Of a stretch of DNA of 64,000 nucleotides, positions 1 to 9,092 are shown piece by piece. Source of the stretch: a virus. Taxonomy: Duplodnaviria; Caudoviricetes. Both the position numbers and the translations under genes were made by a program. The DNA is taken from the IMG/VR virus record IMGVR_UViG_3300030330_004701, positions 80,966 to 144,965 of that record; one strand, 5' to 3'. Position 1 is the first letter of the stretch, and each line of letters starts with the position of its first letter. The notes beneath the pieces are model-generated. The model was not told the origin of the DNA. It made no database searches and was given only the letters and a program-made list of their open reading frames with translations.

Positions 1-264
1 AGTCACAAAGAAGCCAATGTTTTTTAGGTTGGAATTATAACTATATAAAGGTGGTAACGTATGGTAGATACACGCATCGCAGTTAGCGTCACTTTTGCTT
101 TCTAGTTCTGTAACTGTAGGATGTATATCCGCATGAGAATTATTAAAAGTTATAGCCCTTGGTACTACATCTACTCCAGCAGAGTGCAAAGCCAAAATAT
201 TATTTAGCGAAGCATAGCCCCAACCAGTTCTATCTTTATAGTTACCGATATAAAGTGTTTTCAT
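1..264 (-). CDS. Glycosyltransferase (GT4-like), N-terminal part, runs off the window edge
   Basis: Not in ORF track; manual translation from ATG at 264: MKTLYIGNYKDRTGWGYASLNNILALHSAGVDVVPRAITF..., open to position 1; GT-B N-terminal TGxG pattern; overlaps stop of upstream GT. Confidence 0.6.
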   Translation of the reverse strand, partial: MKTLYIGNYKDRTGWGYASLNNILALHSAGVDVVPRAITFNNSHADIHPTVTELESKSDANCDACIYHTLPPLYSYNSNLKNIGFFVT

Positions 265-1897
265 TTTTTAGCCTTTGTGTTCTGATTTTTTCCCATTCAT
301 TATGGGTGTGTCTCATTTTTGCCATGTATTCATATGCTTGTTCAACATTGAAAGAAGCCCAAGACCTGATATCATTATTAGTATGTGATTCATTAAAATA
401 CCAGTCTACATTCGTATTTACGACAGTACATTTATACATCAAGTCCTTGAGCGTTCTTTTCCATTGGTAGTTCCCTATCCACTCAGGCTTCCTCAAAACT
501 GAATCAAACAGGAAGTTGACCTGATCTTTCACAGTTAATCCATCCGGCATTTTAGGAGCAGGATCAAACAACCTTGGCGGAGAGTACCATGTCTCCGATG
601 GGTCTTTTACGGGAGTTGAAGCATAGTAGTTCGCCCAAATCTCAGCAGTCTTGTCCCAATTGTATCTCTGTAAAGTTTTTTGTCTCATGCCAAAACCTAG
701 CTGTTTGAGCTTTTCTTTGCGCATACCATATAGCTCAACAAATTTCAGTAGAGTAAAGTCGTTGTTGGGAATTGCTCTCTTGCATCCAGTTTCGCATTCT
801 GTTTGGAGCGTCAAAAGAGGAATCTTAATTGCCCCAATATTGTCTCCAACAGAGTCCATTGCTGAGTATGAAACTGTCATAATAGGAACTCCAGACTGAC
901 TAGCTTCTAGCTGGGGCATTCCAAAACCTTCACTATTTGCATACTGGACATAAACATCGAAAAGGTTATATACTTGTGCCAAATCCTCTTCTTCAATTTT
1001 GTTATTCACTCCAACAAGTTCGCTTTTAAACGAATTGCATTGTCGGCAATGATTAAACGTGTCCTTGAAAAAGCACGGTTCAATATGCCCACAGTTTTTA
1101 CATTTATAAGTAAACAACACTCTGTTTGTCAGGTCATACTCTTGTAAAAGCTCTGGAATATCCCATCCAACATCTGGATAATATGTGTGACAGTACAAGA
1201 AGGCGTTTGAGGCTTTGGTAGTATCTAGAAACTCTCTAAAAGTTTTGAATAGATCTGGGTACAACTTACGTCTCTGGTTGCGCATTACTGTACCAAATAT
1301 GAAAGAGTCTGCTGTCAGACCCAGAGATTCTTTATGTGCTTCTTTATCTGGTACAGGAGAAAAATTTTGACTTGCGCAAGGAGATGCCACATCAATAAAG
1401 TTCAAATCTCTGCATTGATTTAGTAAAACATCTCTGCCGAATTCGGAATATGCAAACACTGCATCCGCAGTAGCGAAGGTGTCCAACCATTGTTTGTTTT
1501 GTGGGAATGCATCTACTGTAGGCATGATAGTCCAGCTGTAGAAGTCTCTATAGGTAGATCTTTGCTGAAATTCAAACATCCACCAATCCCTAATGTCCAT
1601 CACGAAATCAGGCTTGAAGTCAAGCAAGACATGATTAAAAGTATACTCGCCAAATTCATAAGTGGGAGATGATTTATACTCATTCCACTCAGGCGTGTTT
1701 CTTTCTGGTTGATTGCCGTAAATCTTCCAACCTTTAGCATTTTTCTTAACGGACTCATCACTAGCATAGCAAGCTAACTCTGCAACCTCAAACCGAGGGT
1801 CTGCGTGTAATCTAGTTAGTAGCTCTTTTGTGTAAACAGAATATCCTGTTGGTAGGTAATGAGCTTCTGTACAAAAAAGTATTCTTTTAGGTCTCAT
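242..1897 (-). CDS. Glycosyltransferase family 4-like (GT-B) with inserted CxxC...CxxC zinc ribbon
   Basis: TGYS N-terminal motif, RNQRRK, ANSEGFGMPQLEA (ExFGxxxxEA); CKNCGH...CRQC insertion; likely start MRPKRILF. Confidence 0.8.
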   Translation of the reverse strand: MRPKRILFCTEAHYLPTGYSVYTKELLTRLHADPRFEVAELACYASDESVKKNAKGWKIYGNQPERNTPEWNEYKSSPTYEFGEYTFNHVLLDFKPDFVMDIRDWWMFEFQQRSTYRDFYSWTIMPTVDAFPQNKQWLDTFATADAVFAYSEFGRDVLLNQCRDLNFIDVASPCASQNFSPVPDKEAHKESLGLTADSFIFGTVMRNQRRKLYPDLFKTFREFLDTTKASNAFLYCHTYYPDVGWDIPELLQEYDLTNRVLFTYKCKNCGHIEPCFFKDTFNHCRQCNSFKSELVGVNNKIEEEDLAQVYNLFDVYVQYANSEGFGMPQLEASQSGVPIMTVSYSAMDSVGDNIGAIKIPLLTLQTECETGCKRAIPNNDFTLLKFVELYGMRKEKLKQLGFGMRQKTLQRYNWDKTAEIWANYYASTPVKDPSETWYSPPRLFDPAPKMPDGLTVKDQVNFLFDSVLRKPEWIGNYQWKRTLKDLMYKCTVVNTNVDWYFNESHTNNDIRSWASFNVEQAYEYMAKMRHTHNEWEKIRTQRLKNENTLYR

Positions 1898-2369
1898 ATC
1901 TTTGTATCTTTCCAACTCCAGAATAAAACAAATTATAATATTCTTTTTTAGTCAGTGTTAGCATGTCGCATATCTCTTTTCTACTGAATCCTTGTGATTT
2001 CATATCTAGGATGAAAGACTCAGCGGGCAAAAGCCTGCTTGCGCAAGACGCTAGTACATTCTTGAAATCATTAACATAGGATTTGTCATCATAGCTAACA
2101 GTCACTGTAGAATTAGTAACATTGTTATTTTGCCACCTTAATTCTTTTCTTAGGAATCTGTTGAGGTTATTCTTAACACAGGAAAAAATATAGGGTCGCA
2201 GAGGCCCAATGTTGGAGTCAAAGCTGCTGACAGCCTTAAAATACCCAACAAAAGCTACTTGCAATAAGTCTTCAAATTCAAAGGAATTGGCACAACCTCC
2301 AAACTGAACGACCAAAGAGATTATAATGTCAAAATTCTCTTCGATACTAACAGGATCACTCTGTGTCAT
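1887..2369 (-). CDS. RNA polymerase sigma factor (sigma70 region 2 + region 4 only)
   Basis: FEDLLQVAFVGYFKAVSSFD region-2-like motif; C-terminal HTH (GFSRKEICDML); likely start MTQSDP overlapping ssb stop. Confidence 0.65.
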   Translation of the reverse strand: MTQSDPVSIEENFDIIISLVVQFGGCANSFEFEDLLQVAFVGYFKAVSSFDSNIGPLRPYIFSCVKNNLNRFLRKELRWQNNNVTNSTVTVSYDDKSYVNDFKNVLASCASRLLPAESFILDMKSQGFSRKEICDMLTLTKKEYYNLFYSGVGKIQRYET

Positions 2370-2694
2370 CTGTGTCTCTGTCTTTAAAGACTCTAAAATT
2401 TTGAACTCTGAAAGCAACCTTTTGTCTTGGTTGACCGTTTGAATCATTCCATTTTTCCTGTCTAGCCACAGCATTAACAGCGATCATGTCGCCTTTGCTA
2501 CATAGTTTATGTATAGTAAGAGCTCCACTATCCCAAGCAGAAAAGTCAAAAAAATCAACGCGCTTTACCTTGTTTCCGTTCTTATCTTTCCTGTGCTCCT
2601 CGATAGCGAGCGAAAAAGTTGCCAGCTTCGTGCTACCAACATCTTTTATTACTGGGTCTGCAGTCAGCCTACCCACAAATGTACAATTATTCAT
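2356..2694 (-). CDS. ssb: Single-stranded DNA-binding protein
   Basis: MNNCTFVGRLTADP, FFDFSAW, KGD, EKWND OB-fold SSB motifs; acidic tail. Confidence 0.9.
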   Translation of the reverse strand: MNNCTFVGRLTADPVIKDVGSTKLATFSLAIEEHRKDKNGNKVKRVDFFDFSAWDSGALTIHKLCSKGDMIAVNAVARQEKWNDSNGQPRQKVAFRVQNFRVFKDRDTDDTE

Positions 2695-2730
2695 AAATAT
2701 ACTCCAAATACAATATATTTTAACTATAAG

Positions 2731-4293
2731 TTAAGCTTGAGACACTTTGTTTATAATTAAACTTGTATCTTTTTTCTTAGAAACCTGACCCATAACTATA
2801 ACAGTATTACCTTCATATAGCAACTGCTTGTTTTCCTCATATGCATCTGGAAAGACTATTGCCGAATCCAAACAGGCAGTCGAATCTTCAACAGATAGAA
2901 ATGCCATAATTTGACCGGGATTTTTGCCGTTCTTTGTTTTGTATTCACGTAAGGAATTTATATGAACTGCAACATTAACACTTCCAGTCTTGCCTTGAGC
3001 TATCTCTTTGCAGGTAGTATTAACCAAAGAACTTTGGACTGCATCAGTCTTTGAATAACTTAACGAAGTGCCCAAGTACTTAATCTCTAGATCTGCAATC
3101 TGCTCTGGATGATCTACAAGTTCAAACGGAGGTGATTCTGCTACATTTCTAAGATCAAAAACCTTCACGAGCCTGCGAGAGGTAATCTTAAGATTATTTA
3201 TCATATTATCTAAAGACTGCACAAAGTTATGACTTGAGTCGTAGTTTTCTTGAAGCCAAGTTCTTTCTCTAGCAGATAAGTCTTTGTAGCTTTTATATTC
3301 ATAGAGCATCTGGTTTCTGTGCATGCGGTTCTTAGTTCCATTAAAAGCACCAACATTTATCAGAGACTCCATTGATGTCTTGTTGATTCTTGCTCCTAAG
3401 TTGAACAGTACGTCAGACCAAGTAAATTCAGTAAATGGCTTTTCGAGACTTTCTTCAAGCTCAGGTATTGCTTCCAGTAATTTTACAGTTTCAGAACTAC
3501 CAACACCTTTTACATTATTAACACCGAAGTATATCTTATTGTCAGATATAGTAAAGTTGTTGAAGAACTTACCTAGTCTTGGTGGCATCACTTCAATATC
3601 ATAAAGTTTGGCGTCTGATACTAATTCTCTAACCTCTGTATGTGGATCAGGTTTTCTGTCTGCATGTCCGAGGTAAGCCTCAAAAAACTCAATCTTGCGA
3701 TGAACCTTGCAATACGCACTCCTATAGGCGTTAACAGCGTAAGAGACAGCATGAGATTTATTGAAAGCATATCTGTTAGACTTTTCAATCCAACCAAAGA
3801 TTTCTTCGGCAGTCTCTTTCTCTAGACCTCCAACAGAAATAGCACCGTCAATAAAAGATCCTTTGATCTGATTCATAAGGTCAGCTTTTTTCTTTCCGAT
3901 AGCTTTACGAAGACTGTCCGCCTCTTTGAGGTCAAAGCCCGCCAGTTGCTGAGCAATCTTCATGGACTGCTCCTGATAAACAAGAACTCCGTAAGTTTCT
4001 TTTAGAATCGGCTCAAGACTCTCATGTAGATACTTAACCTCATCAATGCCAGCTTTACGGTCAACATAATGCTGAGTCATTGACTTGCCTTCAGTGAAAG
4101 CCTTTAAACATCCGGGCCTAATTAGAGAGATAAGCGCAGCTAGTTCTTCTATGCTTCTAGGCTGAACTCTTTTCGCCCAAGATCTACCTAGCTGTGACTC
4201 TAGCTGAAAGACACCCTTTGTCTGCCCTTCGCAAATTAAATCCCAAACACCAGAGTCATTATAGTTGTCAATATTAAACGTAGAATTCTCCAT
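2731..4293 (-). CDS. dnaE: DNA polymerase III alpha subunit, C-terminal half (fingers, HhH, OB)
   Basis: GVFQLES, LIRPG, ETYGVLVYQEQ, LRKAIGKKK, YAFNKSHAVSY, MAFLSVED; likely start MENST. Confidence 0.92.
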   Translation of the reverse strand: MENSTFNIDNYNDSGVWDLICEGQTKGVFQLESQLGRSWAKRVQPRSIEELAALISLIRPGCLKAFTEGKSMTQHYVDRKAGIDEVKYLHESLEPILKETYGVLVYQEQSMKIAQQLAGFDLKEADSLRKAIGKKKADLMNQIKGSFIDGAISVGGLEKETAEEIFGWIEKSNRYAFNKSHAVSYAVNAYRSAYCKVHRKIEFFEAYLGHADRKPDPHTEVRELVSDAKLYDIEVMPPRLGKFFNNFTISDNKIYFGVNNVKGVGSSETVKLLEAIPELEESLEKPFTEFTWSDVLFNLGARINKTSMESLINVGAFNGTKNRMHRNQMLYEYKSYKDLSARERTWLQENYDSSHNFVQSLDNMINNLKITSRRLVKVFDLRNVAESPPFELVDHPEQIADLEIKYLGTSLSYSKTDAVQSSLVNTTCKEIAQGKTGSVNVAVHINSLREYKTKNGKNPGQIMAFLSVEDSTACLDSAIVFPDAYEENKQLLYEGNTVIVMGQVSKKKDTSLIINKVSQA

Positions 4294-4963
4294 TCGCAAA
4301 CGCCTTTTCAAATTTAGTCTTCTGTGAAATGTTCCGCTGGAACTTCAAAAATTTAATCAATATATTAGCTGTGTCCTTCACATCCTGCAAGGCATCGTGA
4401 GCGTTTTGTTTGCTCTCTTCTGGAAAGCCCATATACTCACGCAAGAAGTCCATACTAAGGCTCTTAAAGTCTTTGTTGTTCTCAGTCCAAGAGAAAACGA
4501 TGTCCATCAAGTCTAACTTAAAGATAGGATTGAATACAGTCTGACGACCTCTAGCATCGGTTGTGCCGTGCATATCACACATACGCTGAACAATCGGAAG
4601 GTCAAACCCAATGATGTTGTAGCCAGCTGCGATAGGGGCAGTGTAAGAGCTTTTCTTAAAGTTAAATTGCATACAGAAATCTTCAAACTTCTTCCATACA
4701 GTCTTTGGTAGCGGAGCTTTTGCCAATGCTTCTCTGGTCTTACCTGTAATCTTCAATGCCTCTTCCTCTAAAGGATCAAAGCCAGCCTCAATTGCCTTCT
4801 TATCGTCAAGAATAGGGCGAATCTCACTATTGAAAATGCCATTAGGTTGGATGGTTAGTTTTCTCCCATGCAAAGCAATAGCCGCAATTTGTGTCGGCTG
4901 TGTCTTGTGAGGATTCCTAGATCCTGTTTCAAAGTCAAATACAATTATGTCTCTATAATTCAT
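4274..4963 (-). CDS. DEDDh 3'-5' exonuclease (DnaQ/epsilon-like)
   Basis: ExoI VFDFETG, ExoII GYNIIGFD, ExoIII AHDALQDV. Confidence 0.88.
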   Translation of the reverse strand: MNYRDIIVFDFETGSRNPHKTQPTQIAAIALHGRKLTIQPNGIFNSEIRPILDDKKAIEAGFDPLEEEALKITGKTREALAKAPLPKTVWKKFEDFCMQFNFKKSSYTAPIAAGYNIIGFDLPIVQRMCDMHGTTDARGRQTVFNPIFKLDLMDIVFSWTENNKDFKSLSMDFLREYMGFPEESKQNAHDALQDVKDTANILIKFLKFQRNISQKTKFEKAFANGEFYV

Positions 4964-5187
4964 CTAACAACACCTTTCAGTTCAACAAACTTATCAACTG
5001 CATCATCAATACTATAAAATAATTTACTGTACAACTTCTTCTTATTGTCCGAGTGTACTTGGTAAACTCCATTAGCTTTTCCACGATATTGAGGCAGAAA
5101 GTGTCTCAAGTCGCAAAGACTAACATTTCTATACTCAATAGCGCAACCAGAAAAAACAACAGATTTGTAATCTTCTTTAGTGCTCAT
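4960..5187 (-). CDS. Hypothetical protein (75 aa) between the dnaE halves
   Basis: ORF overlapping both neighbours; no recognised motif. Confidence 0.55.
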   Translation of the reverse strand: MSTKEDYKSVVFSGCAIEYRNVSLCDLRHFLPQYRGKANGVYQVHSDNKKKLYSKLFYSIDDAVDKFVELKGVVR

Positions 5188-6757
5188 CTTTAATCTCCAT
5201 AATTTTACTTAGTAGGTCAATGCCTAGAATATCAAATTTAACGTGACCTTGATCCTCAAGGTCTCCCATTTCAAAACCAGCAACAAGATTCTTGTTTCTG
5301 TCTTGAACCATCGGGCAAACCTCTCTCAGTTTATTAGCAGAAATAATAACTCCTGCTGCGTGCTTGCCCTGTGATTTAATTGTACCTTCAATGTCAATAG
5401 CTTGCTCAAAGATTTCCGCTAAAGGCCCGATTAAATCTCCTTCTTGATTTACCTTACACCACTTGACTAAGTCGCTAGGTTGGTAGAGTAGTGTCCATCT
5501 AATGAGAGACTTTTCTCCACTTTCTTCAATCAGGTCAGACACATCTGCTTCATTAGGAATATTCTTTGTTATATCATTCATCTCAGCAAAGGACACAGCG
5601 TTTGTGATGCGCATGATTTCTTTCAGCGCAGCTCGCCCTTGCAGTTTATTAAATGTCAACATCTGGGAGACATTATCTTCGCCGTATTTTGACTTAATAT
5701 ATGCGATAACGTCATCTCGCTTTTCCGCTGGAACATCAACATCAATATCAGGCAAAGATACGTGATCTTCAGTATTACGTCCTGCATTGTAGAATCTTTC
5801 AAAGATCAAGTCATACTCAATAGGATCAATCTCTGTGATACCGATTAAATATGAGATCAAACATCCGGCAGCAGACCCTCGTCCGGGTCCCGGCAACCAG
5901 CCTTGTTCTCTAACATAGTTTACAATATCTTGAACAATCAAGAAATAACCAGACAGATCTGCTTCAAAAATAACATCCATCTCGTTCTTGATTCTATCGA
6001 GATATTCCTGCTTTACACCCTCATCGTCAACCTTGCCCGTCTCGGCAAGCAAGGTTCGCCAGCCATCTCTACATAACTGTTTCAGGTATTCATCTTCATC
6101 GTACCCTTCTGGGCAATCGAATTTAGGTAGCATTGGTTTACCAAGAACATTATATTCTTCGCATTGCGCTGCAATGTCAGCAACTTTATCTATCAAATCA
6201 CTACCATAGGCTGATTGGGCTTCATTTGGCGACAACATATAATACTTGTCAGAGTCAAAGAATCCTTTGAGTTTTTTGAACCCGTCCTGTTTTAGCCTCT
6301 CTTTTGACTTAGCCATTGTAGTCTTCATTCCAGAACACAGGAGTATCCTATGTAGCTCCGCATCTTTTGTTTCAGCATAGTAACTAGGCTGTTGCTTTAG
6401 CTTATCAATGCAAATCAAATTTTCACTGTGAGATTTTAATAGCTTGTAAACAACATCATCGCTATACGAGTTTTTCTTAGAAACTAAGTCAATCAGGTCA
6501 AACCATCCAGCTTTGTTTTTAGCCAAGAGAGTAGTTGGCTTATGACTTTCAAATTCAAATGTACAGCCAATGATAGGCTTAATGTCATTCTTCTTGCAAG
6601 TTTTGTAAAAGGCTACAGCACCAGAGATAGTATTTATATCAGTGATAGCGCAAGACTTGTAACCAAACTCTTTGCATTTAGCCACGAGCTGTTCTGGTTT
6701 AGAATAGCCTCTCTGCAAACTAAAGTGCGTCTTATTGTTCAGTGGAATCCAATTCAT
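5177..6757 (-). CDS. dnaE: DNA polymerase III alpha subunit, N-terminal half (degenerate PHP, palm, thumb)
   Basis: YFLIVQD, GPGRGSAAG, FERFYN, PDIDVD (two catalytic Asp), GKHAAGV, KFDILG (third Asp). Confidence 0.92.
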   Translation of the reverse strand: MNWIPLNNKTHFSLQRGYSKPEQLVAKCKEFGYKSCAITDINTISGAVAFYKTCKKNDIKPIIGCTFEFESHKPTTLLAKNKAGWFDLIDLVSKKNSYSDDVVYKLLKSHSENLICIDKLKQQPSYYAETKDAELHRILLCSGMKTTMAKSKERLKQDGFKKLKGFFDSDKYYMLSPNEAQSAYGSDLIDKVADIAAQCEEYNVLGKPMLPKFDCPEGYDEDEYLKQLCRDGWRTLLAETGKVDDEGVKQEYLDRIKNEMDVIFEADLSGYFLIVQDIVNYVREQGWLPGPGRGSAAGCLISYLIGITEIDPIEYDLIFERFYNAGRNTEDHVSLPDIDVDVPAEKRDDVIAYIKSKYGEDNVSQMLTFNKLQGRAALKEIMRITNAVSFAEMNDITKNIPNEADVSDLIEESGEKSLIRWTLLYQPSDLVKWCKVNQEGDLIGPLAEIFEQAIDIEGTIKSQGKHAAGVIISANKLREVCPMVQDRNKNLVAGFEMGDLEDQGHVKFDILGIDLLSKIMEIKDEH

Positions 6758-7247
6758 TACAGTCCTCAAATTTATTCAATTCTGAAATAGCAACATTGTG
6801 ACAATCTGCTCGAACTATGAAGCCATTAGATGGATCTTTCTGGCCTTTTGTAAGTTTGCGAGCTTTCTTAAAATAATCATCGTGAGTCAACCAACCTAAG
6901 ACCCACGCTCTTCCCCATCTTCTATTTTTATTTTCAATTCTAACAAAAACATATCTATCGCATTTTTGTTTTGTATTAAAGTTGGCGACTGAGCAATCAT
7001 AGAAAGGTTTAGGTGGAGAAGTGCACCTTTTTGTTTTTACGTCATACTTAGTTCCGTCCTTTGCAACTAAGTCGTAATCATAAGTGTTATTAATTGTACC
7101 ACCTATAACAACATTTGCAACCTCTTCTCCTAAAAACCCAGCAATATTTCCATCGCCCTTCATGATGGAGTTTTTGATAACTCCCATCTCTCTGGACTTT
7201 GCCCATGCTCGTTTCTTCATATCTTCTGTAATTTTTACTTCAATCAT
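6732..7247 (-). CDS. Hypothetical protein, possible PD-(D/E)xK nuclease
   Basis: GE...YDYDL...YDVKTK pattern resembles a restriction-endonuclease fold. Confidence 0.4.
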   Translation of the reverse strand: MIEVKITEDMKKRAWAKSREMGVIKNSIMKGDGNIAGFLGEEVANVVIGGTINNTYDYDLVAKDGTKYDVKTKRCTSPPKPFYDCSVANFNTKQKCDRYVFVRIENKNRRWGRAWVLGWLTHDDYFKKARKLTKGQKDPSNGFIVRADCHNVAISELNKFEDCNELDSTEQ

Positions 7248-8260
7248 TATCCGGGAGCCTCATAATATCCAACATCGAAACCTTCTCTTGTGCAATTTTG
7301 TATTGTATCTAGCATACCAAATTGGTCTAGGTGATTACTGACATGACGACACATACTTTCATCAGTTCCGGGCCAATCTTTCTTACAGAAGTCACAGAGT
7401 TTTTGACACTTCCAGTGAGATTGATTTCTTGACAACATTCTTGGTCTAGTTGTCTTTTTGATTTCTTGAAATCTGTCTTTTAGCATACCAAGAAACTTTT
7501 GTCTATCAGACTCTTCAAAGCAAATACTGAACGGACCTCCATCCCTAATAAAGTATATCGACATAATTGCGTCATCATATTCAGGGAAAAGCTTAGAAAT
7601 AGCATAATGATAAAGCATTAACTGTGGGTCTTTGCAGAGCTTCTCGTATGTTTTTTCTTCTCCTGTAGCCCAGTTCAATCTACGCCCAGTCTTCCAGTCA
7701 ATTACTTCGATAACACCATCTGACACTTCTGTCACTAAGTCAATAGTGCCTTTAATCGCAAGCCTACCTTCGACCTTGCTTCCATCAGGCATATCGTATT
7801 CATACTTCGCCCAGTCTTCTTCAATAGGAATATCAAACTGTGGTTCTGCTGCAACGATATTTCTCTTGCGTGGATCAAAGTTGCCATCGTCATAACTTAG
7901 TGCTTCCCAAGTAAGCTTGTCGCAAAACTTGTAGTCGGCATTGGTATAGTGATGAGTGCAGGGCACAGTATAATGGTCGTAGCTGCGCTTAAGGATTTCG
8001 TTTACAAATTTCTTTGTTCCGAGTCTACGTTTAGTAAACTCGACCTCTCCGATAGCGTCATCCTCAAGCAACAGCTCGTCACCGTCTTGTAATAACTTCT
8101 TACAGCCAGCTAGAACTTCCATCACTTTATGGACTACAGTGCCAAGCTGGGCCTTCTTGCCAGATACAGTACTATGCCCTAATACGTAGGTCATGAAGTA
8201 TTGCATTTGACAATATTCAAAATTGTTATAGCTAGAACTTCTTATATATGTAACTAACAT
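7247..8260 (-). CDS. PD-(D/E)xK exonuclease, Cas4/RecB/AddB-like, with Fe-S cysteines
   Basis: GTVVH, GTIDLV, IDWKTG, QLMLY; Cys near N-terminus plus C-terminal CQKLCDFC. Confidence 0.8.
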   Translation of the reverse strand: MLVTYIRSSSYNNFEYCQMQYFMTYVLGHSTVSGKKAQLGTVVHKVMEVLAGCKKLLQDGDELLLEDDAIGEVEFTKRRLGTKKFVNEILKRSYDHYTVPCTHHYTNADYKFCDKLTWEALSYDDGNFDPRKRNIVAAEPQFDIPIEEDWAKYEYDMPDGSKVEGRLAIKGTIDLVTEVSDGVIEVIDWKTGRRLNWATGEEKTYEKLCKDPQLMLYHYAISKLFPEYDDAIMSIYFIRDGGPFSICFEESDRQKFLGMLKDRFQEIKKTTRPRMLSRNQSHWKCQKLCDFCKKDWPGTDESMCRHVSNHLDQFGMLDTIQNCTREGFDVGYYEAPG

Positions 8261-8261
8261 A

Positions 8262-9092
8262 TTACTCCTTGATTTTCATGATTCCGCCAACAAGTTGACG
8301 TTCATCATTTTCGGACTTTGGTTCTGTCGATTCGATTACGCTACCGAGCCATCCCCATCCTTCTAGTAAAGAGATAATTTCTACGTTTGTCTCATTTAGA
8401 CTTAAATTTTTGTTATCTATGGTCGCATCATAGTTGTCTATCAAATCACTTTCTGCCTCGCTGCTATGACCATCGTTGTCAACGCCTCTTGTTAGATGAA
8501 TGACCTTGCCTCCAGCATTTTGTATAGCATCCACTTCATTTTGAAATCTGCAATCAGAAATAACTGCAATCAAAGGTTCTTCGGTGCGAATAGTTTTGAT
8601 TGTATGATCCGTCCAGATGTCGGGATGTATTTTTCTGCAAATATCTGTTCCAAAGTGTTGCATGAACTCTCTAGCAGACATCTTACCAGTTTTATCTCCT
8701 TCATATCCGGGCATGTCTTCCCAGTTAATGAATGTCTCAGAGTTCTTCTGTTCATCAGTACCATAACACTGTGATCGGTTAAGACCAAATAGACCAGTAC
8801 AAATTTCCTTCAATGCTCCAGCAAATGAATAATGCTTAATATAAGGCCACATACTTTCTGCCGCCCATAGTCCAAAATCCAGATCTGTTCTTGTGACATC
8901 TAGAACCGCAGCTGATGTCTCATTTTCGCCTTCAGCATTTGTGAATGTGGCATTGACCAAAAGTCTTCCCTTCTCATCAATTTCAAAACGGTCAATCAAA
9001 TTGTGACACCTCATTTGATAGCCGTGTAAAAAAGAACACGCAGAATTTTTACCGGATTGTTTTCTGCCAGCGAAAGCCAGAATTCTAGTCAT
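8262..9092 (-). CDS. Deoxynucleoside monophosphate kinase
   Basis: P-loop AGRKQSGK, SFAGALK, REFMQHFGTD, ISDCRFQNE, HSSE motifs of phage dNMP kinases. Confidence 0.85.
   Translation of the reverse strand: MTRILAFAGRKQSGKNSACSFLHGYQMRCHNLIDRFEIDEKGRLLVNATFTNAEGENETSAAVLDVTRTDLDFGLWAAESMWPYIKHYSFAGALKEICTGLFGLNRSQCYGTDEQKNSETFINWEDMPGYEGDKTGKMSAREFMQHFGTDICRKIHPDIWTDHTIKTIRTEEPLIAVISDCRFQNEVDAIQNAGGKVIHLTRGVDNDGHSSEAESDLIDNYDATIDNKNLSLNETNVEIISLLEGWGWLGSVIESTEPKSENDERQLVGGIMKIKE

Noticed and set aside
4274-5200. Split intein or self-splicing intron explaining the dnaE break
   Set aside because: No Cys/Ser-initiated intein N-block or His-Asn C-terminus at the junctions; the interval is fully occupied by two overlapping ORFs, leaving no room for intron structure
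7247-8260. Cas4-like gene as part of a CRISPR-Cas system
   Set aside because: No other cas genes or repeat-spacer array seen in the window; solo Cas4-like nucleases are common in phage replication modules
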